Positions 22,811 through 34,173 of a stretch of DNA of 34,173 bases are shown here, one piece after another. Origin of the DNA: Octopus sinensis (lineage: Eukaryota); assembly GCF_006345805.1 (NCBI RefSeq), contig NW_021836058.1, positions 1-34,173 on the forward strand. Direction: 5' to 3'. The notes beneath the pieces were generated by a model. It saw nothing but the letters and a program-made list of their open reading frames with translations. It was not told the DNA's origin and ran no database searches. Both the position numbers and the translations under genes were made by a program. Numbering within the stretch: position 1 is the stretch's first letter; every line of letters begins with the position of its first letter.

Positions 22811-23185
22811 ATTCTTTATCTTTCTCTTGCTTCAGTCATTTGAACGCGGCCATGCTGGGGCACCGTCTGAAAAAAATTTTAGTCGAACGAATCGACGCCA
22901 TTAATTCATTTTTAAAGAAAATGCCTGGTACTTATTCTATCAGGCTATTTTGCCGAACCGCTAAGTTACGAGGATGTAAACACCAACAACGGTTGGCAAT
23001 CTGCTGTGGGAGTCAAACTTAGACACAAAGACACACACACGAGGGATTCTTCTAGTTTTCCTCTTCAAAATTCATTGACAAGGTTTTGGTCGGCCTGAGG
23101 CAATAGCAGGGGGCATCTGCCACGACTGAACCCGGAACTGCGTGGTTGGGGTACAAACCTCTTACCACAGAGCCACGCCTGCACC
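22811..23185 (-). mobile_element. SINE group A (diverged), head-to-tail with its neighbours
   Basis: ttcagtcatttgaacgcggccatgctgg ... cttaccacagagccacgcctgcacct. Confidence 0.85.
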
Positions 23186-23215
23186 TATCTATGTACTAAT
23201 ATATTCTATTATATT

Positions 23216-23704
23216 GTTTTGTTTCAGTAATTTAACAGCGGCCATGCTGGAGCACTGCCTTTAGTCGAACAAATCGACCCCCAACCCCAGGACTTATTCT
23301 TAGTAAGCATAGTACTTATTCTATCGGTTTTCTACTTTTGCCGAGCTGCTAAGTTACGGGGACGTAAACACGCCAACACAGATTGTCAAGCGACGGTGGG
23401 GCGGGTGGGGGCAAACACAGACACATAGATGTATATACGAGTGAGTGGACAAACGAAAAAAGGGGACTCAACAAATTTATTGGGAGTTACATGTATGGAC
23501 ACCAACGAATTTTGATACACACACAACACACACACACATATATATATATATGCGCCGGGCTTCTTTCAGTTTCCGTCTAATAAATCCTCTCACAAAACTT
23601 TGGTTGACCTGAGGCTACAGTGGAAGACGCTTGCCCAAGGTGCTACGCAGTGGGACTGAACCCGGAACCATCTGATTGGGAAACAAGCTTTTTACTACAC
23701 AGCC
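23216..23704 (-). mobile_element. SINE group A (diverged)
   Basis: gtttcagtaatttaacagcggccatgctggagcac ... gggactgaacccggaacca. Confidence 0.85.
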
Positions 23705-23770
23705 GGGTAAATGTCAATACATATGTATTTATATGCATATAATTATATGTCCTGGGTATGACAGCCTACG

Positions 23771-24015
23771 TGGAGGCGCGTGGCTTAGTGGTTAGGCTGT
23801 TGGACTCAAGATCGTAAGATTGTGGTTTCGATTCCTGGACTGGGTGACACGTAGTTTTCTTGAGCAAAACACTTTATTTCACGTTGTTCCAGTCCACTCA
23901 GCTGGCAAAAAGGAGTAATCCTGCGATGGACTTGCGCCCTATCCAGGTGAGAAATTTATTCGCCATGGAAACCGGCCCTTATGAGGTGACATGACTCGGA
24001 AAGGAAAAGTTTACC
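23771..24015 (+). mobile_element. SINE group C (tRNA head, body Y, V-domain-like tail)
   Basis: A-box tggcttagtgg, B-box ggtttcgattcc, then cttgagcaaaacactttatttcacgttg and ctgcgatggacttgcgcc. Confidence 0.88.
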
Positions 24016-24289
24016 TTTTATGACAATTTATGAACCACTGGGAAGAAGGACCGCTAGTTCTCAGAACTTCCTTCTAAGGTAAACAAATGCAAAAACCCGA
24101 AGTGCAGTTGGTTTCGGGTGTCTCTGTCTCTATTGTGCCACTGGTTTTGTAGCTGATTGCGCCGAAAAACGGGCTTAGTTTTGTGCAACATTTTATCCAC
24201 TCGGAGCCAACATTTTCATGGACTTACTGAGTTCAGAAAGTGGCCTCATACGGACACCAGTCTACTGCCATAATATATATATATATATA

Positions 24290-24592
24290 ATGATAAATCT
24301 CAGAGCGAGTTATAAACAGTAGCGGTAACACATCGTGACACATATTTGCCATTTGAATATGGCTAACCCCTAAGGGTGGATGCTACTGTAGATGATAGGT
24401 AAACACCTTGAAACTCGAGTCCGTGTGTATCATAAGTTGAAGTCGGGAAGGATGACTTCCCTTCACAAATACTGATAGGGCACAGATAGTGTGTCTATAG
24501 CCAGCTGGAGGAGGTATCTTCCTGGGGCTACAAACTACAGTAGCATCCACCCTTAGGGGTTAGCCATATTCAAATGGCAAATATGCTTCACT
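24290..24592 (+). mobile_element. (TA)n-flanked element with a perfect 51-bp inverted repeat and a 5'-clipped hammerhead ribozyme (Penelope-like pseudo-LTR)
   Basis: Inverted repeat at 24341-24391 / 24535-24585; GATGA-t-AGGT-aaac-ACCT-t-GAAA-CTCGA-GTC at 24391-24421. Confidence 0.7.
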
Positions 24593-24618
24593 ATATATAT
24601 ATATATACATATATATAT

Positions 24619-24796
24619 AGGCGCAGGTGTGGTTGTGTGGTAAGTAGCTTGTTTACCAACCACTTGGTTCCGGGTTCTCCCACTACGTGGGACCTTGGGC
24701 AAGTGTCTTCTACTATAGCCTCGGGCCGATCAAAGCCTTGTGAGTGGATTTGGTAGACGGAAACTGAAAGAAGCCCGTCGTATATATGTATATATG

Positions 24797-24835
<39 letters not shown>

Positions 24836-25040
24836 TATATATATGCGTGTGTGTGTTTGTGTGTGTTTGTGTGTTTGTACCCCTAGCATTGCTTGACAAC
24901 CAATGCTGGAGTGTTATGCGGTTCGGCAAAAGTACTGGGCTTACAAAAGAATTAGTCCCGGGGTCGAGTTGCTCGATTAAAGGCGGTGCTCCAGCATGGC
25001 CGCAGTCAAATGATTGAAACAAGTAAAAAAGTAAAGAGAG
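24619..25040 (+). mobile_element. SINE group A
   Basis: Colinear with the other copies, with small internal deletions. Confidence 0.92.
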
Positions 25041-25078
25041 TATATATATGTATATTTGTATGTATGTATTTATCAAGG

Positions 25079-25341
25079 GATCACGTGATCGACTAGGCTA
25101 CTGGATGTTACACATCGCTGGTCACAATGCGCTGTTTGTATTGTTTTATCCTTTTAAGGACACCACCTCGCTGGGTTGGCGAGCAGGCCAACATTCCCTC
25201 CCTGATCGAAAGTGGGGACTGGAGCAACGTGAAATGAAGTATTTTGCTCAAGAACACATGGTGCCTGTCGGTCTGGGAATCGAACACACGATCTACCGCT
25301 CCTGAGTGCAACAGTCTAACCACTAGGCCACGCGCCTTCAC
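25079..25341 (-). mobile_element. SINE with tRNA head, body Y and tail Z
   Basis: Head/body ctggagcaacgtgaaatgaagt...aaccactaggccacgcgcc; tail shared with 20805-20915. Confidence 0.8.
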
Positions 25342-25888
25342 TATCTCTCTCTCACACACACAAAACATAAGCGTATATGACTATTTGTACACACACATAC
25401 GCACACAATTCACTGTATATAGTATATGTGTATGTATGTGTGTATGGCATGGTTGTGAGTGTGTATGTGTGTCTGCGTGAGCGTGTACGTGAGTGTGCGT
25501 GTGTGTGTGTGTGTCTTTTATGTGTTCTGTCTAAATGGGTAAATTTCTTGGAAACAAAAGCAAAAAAAAAAACACTTAAAAAAAAGGAAAGAAAAGTCAG
25601 TAAAGTTATATATTAGATAAAAACAAACAAACAAACAAACATACATACAAAAAAAAAACAATGAAAATAATAAAAAAATAGGAAAATGAGAATTACGAAA
25701 CAATTGAAAAGGAAATGAAGAAACAATGACCGGACTTAATATGTTCTCGCTTTAGCTTCTGTTTGTCAGTCTGTGTGTCTGTACGCCTGTTTCGGTTTAT
25801 GAGTGTCTGCCTGACTGCCTGCCCATCGGCAAGAGAAGACCTGACGCGTGAGTGATACTAAGACAGACACAGAGTCCAAACTGGCCAT

Positions 25889-25931
<43 letters not shown>

Positions 25932-26254
25932 AGTGTATATTTGTGATATACATTTCTACCCACCTATAGTCTACCTATATATCCACGTGTGCGTATGTCT
26001 TTCTTTCCGTCTGTTTCGTGTGTCGGTGTGCGAATGTATATCACTTGTTCTTCTCGCTCAACTTCTCTGATTTAATCATATCTTTCTTCAGTTCTGTGTT
26101 TTGCAATTATTTTCAAAGTAGTTTTACAGTTTGGTTTTATTTATTTATTTATTTATTTCTATGTGTGTTTTTGCCCAATAAAACTTCAAACCACTTTCCA
26201 TTGCATGCATGCGTCTATCTATCAGTGCATATATAGCTATTTTATACACAGAAA

Positions 26255-26536
26255 TTGACACGCACGTATATATACACACATGTTATATACACACACACAT
26301 ATATACATAACTACATTATTACATACACACACAAACATACACACATATATATATATACGTATTTACTTATATATGCATACACACACACATATATACATGC
26401 ATACACAAGCACACACACACATATATACGTATATACTTATATATACATACACACACACACACACACATATATATATACGTATATACATACACACATATAT
26501 ATATGCATACATAAACACATATATATTCACTTATAT

Positions 26537-26591
<55 letters not shown>

Positions 26592-26830
26592 CGTATATAC
26601 TTATATATACATAAACACACACACACATATATACATACACACACATATATATACATACATACACACATATATATTCACTTATATATACATACACACAAAC
26701 ACAAACACAGACATACACATATATATATACTTATATATACATACATACACACACATATTACGTATATACTTATATATATATACATACACGCACGCACAAA
26801 CACATATACACACACACATATATATATATA
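26255..26830. repeat. (CA)n/(TA)n compound tract with recurring tacgtatatacttatatatac
   Basis: Direct inspection. Confidence 0.92.
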
Positions 26831-27333
26831 ATTTCAAATATAGTGAGAATATTTTCATACAAACTCTGCCCAATTCTTCTGTGAATTTGAACATAATAAT
26901 TACATTGAATCCAGAGCTGTAACCTAATGTAACACAAAATGACGCTGAATGAAACACACAGACAAACGTGCGCGCGCATCCAGCTGGTCGTCAAAGAAAT
27001 ACGCAACAAGCTATTACCATACTGTTATGATAACGAGTATATGCCCCCAGTTCATAAATACTAATGGCTGTACTATTATATAGAACTTAACATATATAAC
27101 TTTACCACTTAAGTTTCATGGGAGAAAACTTGCTATCTGCACACCATCAAGAATGCAATACTTCAGCTAATTTTTCTGCTAAAATGAAAATGTGCAAATT
27201 ATATTTTAGATGAAATTAGGGGGCATTACGGGAGGAAAAAAGAATCAAGAAACGAAACGATAACTATTTAAGTTAAGCGTGCATCTTATGTCTTTCGGCA
27301 ACACGCGCGTGCGCCCGCACACATACGCACATT

Positions 27334-27540
27334 GCGCAAGCGTGGCTGTGTGGTAAGGAGTTTGCTACCCAACCACATGGATCCGGGTTCAGACCCACTG
27401 CGTCGCACCTGTAGCTCCGGGCCGACCAAAGTCTTGTGAGTGGGTTTGGTTGAGAGAAATGGAAAAAAACACGACTAAAAATTCAAGGCGGTGCCCCAGC
27501 ATGGCCGCAGTCAAATGACTTAAACGATAAAAGGCAAAGA
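27334..27540 (+). mobile_element. Internally deleted SINE group A
   Basis: Head gcgtggctgtgtggtaag, middle gccgaccaaag, tail ggcggtgccccagcatggccgcagtcaaatgact. Confidence 0.85.
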
Positions 27541-27671
27541 GACAAATCCAATCATTCAACATTTCCATAATCAAAAATCTATAATCTTGATCGAAGTATT
27601 AATCTGTATGATGAAAGCTATTACCATCCACGACCAGCCCCTCTTCCTTTCAGATATAGTTCGTCACGGAT

Positions 27672-28650
27672 TATCGTTTTGTTGCACGTTTCTGAACAAT
27701 TTCCAGGAGACTTTATGGAGAGCAAGACAGGGATTCCAGACTTGGTGATGCAAATTCCAAGTGTGGACGCACCATTGTCGTATAAGGTTTCAAGCAGATA
27801 GTTTGAGAGAGGCTGACAAAGTTCTTACTGAGGGATACTAGTACGCCCTCAGCTTTCTTATTTCTTTGTTGCCCACAAGAGGCCAAACACAAGGGACAAA
27901 CAAGGACAGACAAACGGATTAAGTCGATTATATCGACCCCAGTGCGTAACTGGTACTTATTCAATCGACCCCGAAAGGATGAAAGGCAAAGTCGACCTCG
28001 GCGGAATGTGAAGTCAGAACGTAGCGGCAGACGAAATACCTATTTCTTTACTACCCACAAGGGGCTAAACGCAGAGAGGACAAACAAGGACAGACCAACG
28101 GATTAAGTCGATTATATCGACCCCAGTGCATAACTGGTACTTATTTAATCGACCCCGAAAGGATGAAAGGCAAAGTCGACCTCGGCGGAATTTGAACTCA
28201 GAACGTAACGGCAGACGAAATACAGCTACGATTTCGCCCGGCGTGTTAACGTTTCTGCCAGCTCACCGCCTTCACCCTCAGCTTTCTTGACAATCTTAGA
28301 GATGTGGTTTCTCCAACGCAGATCGCTGTCTACAATAATACTCAGATCACATTCACTAGAAGACTTCTTGATATTGGTGTTGTTGAAGGAATATTTAAAG
28401 ACTGGGTCCCCCACCAAAGTGTGCATGGTGTCGCACTTGTCCAACGCTGGCTTGAGTTGTCAGTCAGAAACCCTTTGCTGCATTGTGTCCAGGCCTGATT
28501 GCAGGAAAGATCTACAGAGCATAGGATCTGTCCTTTTTATCTCAAAGTACAGCTTAATATGATCTGCATATTTCAACACTGTAACATTCAAGTAGGCATC
28601 TATACGCAACAAACAGCAGGGGTCCAAGAACGGATCCCTGTAGCACACAG
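27672..28650 (-). mobile_element. Decayed CR1/L2-group LINE reverse transcriptase fragment, split by a SINE
   Basis: Minus-strand motifs in order across frameshifts: VLQGSVLGPLLFVAY, KYADHIKLY (YADD-like), DLSIIVDSDLRWRNHISKIVKKAEG, YTTMVRPHLEFAS, VWNP, LLEIVQKRATK. Confidence 0.9.
27860..28274 (-). mobile_element. SINE group B: full head plus two tandem bodies, 14-bp TSD
   Basis: CCCTCAGCTTTCTT at 27846-27859 and 28275-28288; head ggcggtgagctggcagaaacgtta; removing the insert restores the LINE frame KKAEG-VLVSL. Confidence 0.93.
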
Positions 28651-29529
28651 ATCTTCTCTCGTATGGTAAAGAATAAAATGAAAAAAAAATCGTATAATCT
28701 GAGGCAGATATGTCTGCTGTTTCTAACAGCTCAAATGACCATGCAGCGTTTCCTCTCGCAGTGTATTGTGAAATACACTCTGTGAGTTCGAACACCGATG
28801 CTATCTGCATCCACAATCAATATTTGTGTGTCCCTGGAAACCTCTTCCCGATTATCAAAGACCTCTCGTGAGCTGTTACCATCAAGTTCAGTTCATCCGT
28901 CGCATCCTTTTGCATTGTCGTTAATATTCATTTACTGCCTCCACTTCAGATGGAATGAACTTCACACAATTACAGCTACGAAGGTATAGTTTGTAAATTT
29001 TAATAACCCACGATAACACGAACACACCAAGTTAATAAAGACAGATAAAAGCAAGAGGGGGAAAATTAATTCATAACGAGGTATGATGCATACGACATGT
29101 CTTCAAAGTAAAACAGAAATTATACGAAAGTAAGGTTTACGAATATCAGCTTAGCTTAGCTCAGAATCCCAAGTCGACGATGTCGGCGGACGGCGAACAG
29201 CATAGCTATTCATTCTGTAAGAGAGACAGCGAATCGTTCTGCTTGTGCTTGTTATATCATTCACTTTGTATGGAGGAAATCAAATAAATTAATGCATTTA
29301 GAGAAGACGATATGATCGCCCGAAGTGGATTTATTTCTAAGATATAGCAACAGCTGATTTCTCCAGGGACATCGAGACGAATGGCAAGGAATTTTCTATG
29401 AAATTTTACGTCCTTATCTTCCACTATCTTTCGCTATCATTTAGCTTTACTGAAATGATTACATCGATGTCGACGACGTCCGCACATTTATAATTATGCC
29501 AATGCTAATCTTTCAGTCGAAATGCATCA

Positions 29530-29532
29530 TTT

Positions 29533-29564
<32 letters not shown>

Positions 29565-29675
29565 TTATACGCACATACGTCTACATATGTATATACACAC
29601 CTATATATACAAGATGTATATATATATATATATACGCACATACGTCTACATATGTATATACAATATATATATATA

Positions 29676-29721
<46 letters not shown>

Positions 29722-29894
29722 CATATACAACGCACATATATATACATATATACACACGTGTACATACAATATACATGTAGGCAGATACGTATATAGACAC
29801 ACGTATACATACACACACACACTCGCGCATAGATGTGTGTGTTTATGTACACACACGCACATATGTATGTCTGTACATGTGTCAGTCTCCCCCT

Positions 29895-29935
<41 letters not shown>

Positions 29936-29992
29936 GTGTATATAAATACACACACACACACACTTATTTTAATGTATACACGCGCACACACT
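29530..29992. repeat. (TA)n/(CA)n compound microsatellite
   Basis: Direct inspection. Confidence 0.93.
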
Positions 29993-30372
29993 TAGAAGCT
30001 AAATATAAAATGCCTTGAAGACACTGTTTGGGAAGGATATTACCTGCTTGTAGACATATGGGAAAAGAAGAAGAAGAAGAAGAAGAAAAAGGGTTTGTTT
30101 CATCGCTACCCTCGACCAGCATGTAATGTATTATTCTTGTCGTGTTCTCTTCCCATTCAATATCTTAGAAGAGAAAGACTTTCTTTCGTACCGTGCAGAA
30201 TGATATTAACGAGCCTTCGCCATTCTCGCACGATCTTACTTTAAAATGGAAAGTGGGAGACATTTAAATGATACGATCTACTGTGTCTGTTGCCTTTATT
30301 GGTTTTCTGCTGAAACAACAATAATAACAGCAACAACAATAATAATACTAATAATAATAATCCTTTCTACTA

Positions 30373-30541
30373 GGCGCAGAAGTGGCTGTGTGGTTAGTAG
30401 CTTGTCTATCAACCACATGGTTCCAGGTTCAGTCCCACTGCGTGGCACCTTGGACAAGTGTCTTCTACTATAGCCTCGGGCCGACCAAAGCCTTGTGAGT
30501 GGATTTGGTAGACGGAAACTGAAAGAAGCCCGTCGTATACA

Positions 30542-30587
<46 letters not shown>

Positions 30588-30780
30588 TGTGTGTATTTGT
30601 GTGTCTGTTTGTCCCCTAGCATTGCTTGACAACCGATGCTGGTGTGTTTATGTCCCCGTCACTTAGCGGTTCGGCAAAAGAGACCGATAGAATAAGTCCT
30701 GGGGTCGAGTTGCTCGATTAAAGGCGGTGCTCCAGCATGGCCGCAGTCAAATGACTGAAACAAGTAAAAGAGAAAAGAGT
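30373..30780 (+). mobile_element. SINE group A, near full length
   Basis: Colinear with the other copies; lacks one gaataagt-bounded ~24-bp segment. Confidence 0.92.
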
Positions 30781-30785
30781 ATATC

Positions 30786-30975
30786 CACAAGGCCTGAAGT
30801 TTGGGGGAGGGTGTAAGTCGATTACATCGCCTCCAATACGTAACTGGTATTTATTTTATCGACCTCGGAAGGATGAAAGGCAAAGTCGACCTCGGCGAAT
30901 TTGAACTCAGTACGTAAAGAGCCGGACGAAAAGCAACTAAGCGTTTTGTCCAACGTACTGATACAGCTCACTGCC
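30786..30975 (-). mobile_element. SINE group B-related monomer (different 3' end)
   Basis: ggatgaaaggcaaagtcgacctcggcgaatttgaactcag core plus a diverged head; a more decayed copy follows at ~31000-31158. Confidence 0.8.
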
Positions 30976-31189
30976 TTTGCAGCAACAATAATGATGGTTT
31001 CAAATTTCGGCACAACGACAGCAAGTTCGGGGGAGGGGGTAAGCCAACCAAAACCTCCCCTTGTACTTATCCTATCGATCCCGAAAGGGGCTTGGATTCA
31101 AGACAAAAATGGACGAAGGGCTGCTAAGCATATCCGGCGAGCCAAGAATTCAGCCACCTTAACAACAATAATTGTTGTTGTTGTTGTTT

Positions 31190-31502
31190 GTTCCTTCTCG
31201 AGTCACGCCTGGCTCATAAAAACCGGTTTCCTGGTTTCCTTGGCGGATAGGTTCTCCACCTGGACGGGACGCCAGTCCGTCATAGGTGAGCTACAATATG
31301 CAGGAGGAAAGACTGAGTGAAAGTTGTGGCGAAAGAGTGGCAGAAGTTGTGGCAGAAGTTCGCCATTACCTTCTGCCGGAGCCGCGTGGAGCTTAGGTGT
31401 TTCGCTCATAAACACACACACACATCGCCCGGTCGGAGATTCGAACCCGCGATCCCTCGACCGCGAGTCCGCTGCTCTAACTACTAAGCCATGTTCCTGC
31501 AC
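31190..31502 (-). mobile_element. SINE group D (tRNA head, body X, V-domain-like tail, (AAC)n end)
   Basis: Minus-strand head tggcttagtagttagagcagcggactcgcggtcgagggatcgcgggttcgaatctc is strongly tRNA-like. Confidence 0.88.
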
Positions 31503-32531
31503 AACAACAATAACAGGTATGATAAATGGAAAAATAAAAAAAAACTATTTGAGCAATTTGTCAAGGAAGGACATAAAAATTAACATCAATACTGACTATG
31601 GTCTACGCGGGTTCTAAAGAAACTCATGCAACAAAATGGGGCGGAAATTCTTTTTTTTTATTAACTTGATTCGGTCGTTACTCTACCGACATTTTATAAG
31701 TCATTAATACAAAAAATGTTGTGCTCACTTTTGCATTACTTTCTCTGGAAAAACTCGTGTATTTGTAACAAGAGTTCTGATTGGTCATAGTTTGACATGT
31801 GATCGTTTTTCTCCTTGAATGGTTATAGCAATCGATGAGAAAAATATATATCGATTGGATAATGTTGGCTTAAAATGCTGAATCGGAGAAAGATGAAAAT
31901 GATAAAACATTAGAAAGATAAGCAGTCGTTGATAAGAAGACATAGTAAATTGTGAAACTAAATCAGATAAAAAGAAAGAATGGCGGAACAGACACGATAA
32001 AGAAAAGAATTTAAAAAAAAAAAAAAGATTCGGTAAAAAAGAAAAAAAAATTCTATGGAAAATGTAAATTTATAAATCATAATAAATAATATAAGATAGG
32101 CGAAAGAATTTTATATACGGAAATGTTTGGACATATGCAAATGAAGGCGTTAATTGTTTGAAATTTAATTATTGAAAATATATAGATGATTTATAATCAC
32201 TTTCCAATTGATATTATATACATTTTTCCATTTGAGATAATAACTAAAGATACTTTTGTTTTTATTGAAACGCCGAAGTTTTGCCATTAGAATTAAAAAA
32301 AAAACAACATGAGAAAATGATATATATATATATAAACCAGCTTAGAGAAGAAGAAGAAACGAAACGAAACCAAACGAATCGAAAATCGACGCGAAGGCGC
32401 TCATCATACAATAGTGTAATAAATAAATATATGCATACATACACATATGTACGTACCTACATCTACATGTATATATACATGCATATATAAATATATATAC
32501 GTGTGTACAGGACATATATATATATATATAT

Positions 32532-32588
<57 letters not shown>

Positions 32589-32601
32589 ATATATACATAT
32601 A

Positions 32602-32721
32602 CAGCGTGGGCCAATGGTCACGCGCCAAAACATTTGACATTTTATTTAAGAAGCATCTTTGAAATGTGCAATGTTTATTACATGAATTTTAATTTTGGTG
32701 CGTGACTTTTGGCCTACACTA
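32602..32721. mobile_element. 120-bp Tc1/mariner-type MITE
   Basis: ~29-bp imperfect TIRs cagcgtgggccaatggtcacgcgccaaaa / ttttggtgcgtgacttttggcctacacta, with TA flanks. Confidence 0.75.
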
Positions 32722-32733
32722 TATATATATGTG

Positions 32734-32782
<49 letters not shown>

Positions 32783-33084
32783 TATGCTACATATAAATAA
32801 AAGATGCAAATTTGTTTTTCGTGGAAGGGTATTATAATATTTATATAAGATTTGAATTATAAACATTTTCCGCTTCGTATATTTTAGAATAAAGGTCAAA
32901 ACTTTTGTTAATTAAAATAAGCGTTTTTCAAGTTTAAACTTATATAATTACTTGTCTTTTTCTCTGAGAGTTTCTCTAGACTTTACGAAAAGAACAACAT
33001 TTTGGTAAAGAAATGTACATAGATTTAATTATAAAGAATATTAATTGGCAATATTGATACAGAGCCGCACATTGTGAAAGAATG

Positions 33085-33350
33085 TTGCGTTGTGTTAGCT
33101 CGTCCGTCGTTGTCGACGATGATCAAGGACATCACATGTCTGATGCCTGCTCGAAACGCTCTGCCGCAGGTGGGCGCTAGTGGTCTGCTGGGATTGAAGA
33201 CAAGGAGTTGGATCTGGACTGGCGTGAGCTTCACCAGGCAGGGCAATCTTGTGCTTATGTTTCCCACGTGACTGAACAAATCTGTTTTTGTATTTAGATA
33301 GGATCTGGACGACCTGATGCGATTCATCACAGTTTCCATTTGCATCCTGA
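33085..33350 (-). mobile_element. Decayed 3' end of an RTE-clade LINE
   Basis: SRQSRSNSLSSIPADH* then PTCGRAFRAGI resemble the RTE C-terminal C2H2 finger (CPTCGRAFRARIG). They are followed by the RTE-like tail tcatcgtcgacaacgacggacga and AAC-rich repeats. Confidence 0.7.
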
Positions 33351-33690
33351 ATTTTTGGTAACTCTTGTCTGCAAACTGAAACTGTCAATATAAATTTTCA
33401 AGGATTTAACTCCCACTCCCATGTCGATATTTTCACACAATCCTAGCGTGCATCATAGTTGTGGTTCCAGTCACCCACAAGCGTAAATGAGCATGACGTT
33501 ATCAAGATAGCTTATACACACTTGACCGCAATCTAATGACTGAAACAAGTAAAATATAAGGATAACAGATATCTGCTGGTGCGGCTCCAGTTCAGGAGTT
33601 CCGGATTTGTGGGGAGCAGGGAGTCATCCCTAAATTGCCATTATTCCCAGGCCCTTTCTGACCCGGAATGGTAGGACCTGTCAAGAAGGT

Positions 33691-33934
33691 TACCTTCTCG
33701 AGTCACACCGACTCATAAGGGACGGTTTCCCGGTTTCAGTGGCGTATACATTCCCTACCTGGATGGGACGCCGGTCCGTCGAAGGATTACTGATTCTTGC
33801 CAGCTGAGTGGACTGGAGCAACGTGAAATGACGTGTTTTGCTAAAGGACACAACGTGTCACTCGGTCCAGGAATCGAAACCGCAATCTTACTATCATGAG
33901 TCGTACAGTCTAACCGCTAAACCACGCGCCTCCA
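33691..33934 (-). mobile_element. SINE group C (tRNA head, body Y, V-domain-like tail)
   Basis: Reverse complement colinear with 23771-24015. Confidence 0.88.
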
Positions 33935-33944
33935 CAAGAACCAA

Positions 33945-34173
33945 TCTATGGGTTACATAGATTTCTCAAGAGTAGAGGATGCTCCGATTATTCTTGACAA
34001 AGCTGTGGAGAGGGTAGTTCTTCGAAGAGAAAGATACGCTGACATAAAACTTGCAGTCAGAATAGTACCAGGAATCTTGGAAAGTGTGTCAATGGAACCC
34101 ACTATGGTGGCCGAGAGAGTGGCGAAAGTGTTGCTCAAGCTTTTTGCCAGTTTAATCCAATAATAACATAAAG
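33945..34173 (-). mobile_element. Possible decayed Penelope-like GIY-YIG endonuclease fragment
   Basis: Minus-strand pieces IG / TGKKLEQHFRH / HF..IPG / ILYS*EIYVTHRL loosely follow the order YIG.T.R.L..RF.EH ... HF..PGH ... I..L.T..P.GLN; several frameshifts are needed. Confidence 0.25.

Noticed and set aside
31425-31500. tRNA gene candidate (similar heads at 23771, 25270 and 33870)
   Set aside because: A/B boxes are present, but I could not form a full acceptor stem and the sequence continues into SINE body; these are SINE heads
2-32899. Dozens of ORFs rich in YI, CV, HT, ER or SL dipeptides
   Set aside because: They are translations of (TA)n, (TG)n, (CA)n and (GA)n microsatellites with no domain signal
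33025-33345. 106-aa minus-strand ORF with an upstream acceptor, initially exon-like
   Set aside because: It contains the PTCGRAFRA motif and tail of an RTE LINE, so a retrotransposon remnant explains it better
33948-34163. 71-aa plus-strand ORF MGYIDFSRVEDAP...
   Set aside because: No recognisable motif, it abuts a SINE head, and it may be antisense to decayed mobile-element sequence

Overview
This is AT-rich animal genomic DNA, very likely intronic or intergenic octopus (coleoid cephalopod) sequence. That call rests on the dense (TA)n/(CA)n/(GA)n/(TACA)n microsatellites and on tRNA-derived SINEs resembling those of Octopus; I recognised these by eye and ran no search. I find no intact protein-coding gene, and nearly all ORFs in the track are translated microsatellites or SINEs. 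The window holds about 25 SINE copies from at least three groups (my labels A, B and C/D) and decayed non-LTR retrotransposon fragments: a CR1-like RT, a Hero/R2-like piece, an RTE 3' end and a possible Penelope GIY-YIG. It also holds three TIR elements and several short fold-back elements. The most interesting signals are: (1) fold-back elements whose inversion junctions fall on hammerhead-ribozyme-like half motifs, suggesting Penelope-type remnants; (2) a SINE with one tRNA head and a variable number of 184-bp bodies joined at an identical junction; (3) body/tail module shuffling among SINEs; (4) a triple-nested insertion containing a 780-bp long-TIR element; (5) a frameshifted Asp/Glu-rich cryptic reading frame behind a hydrophobic and basic leader. 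None of these is proven novel. Boundaries are approximate to a few bp unless a TSD or TIR fixes them.
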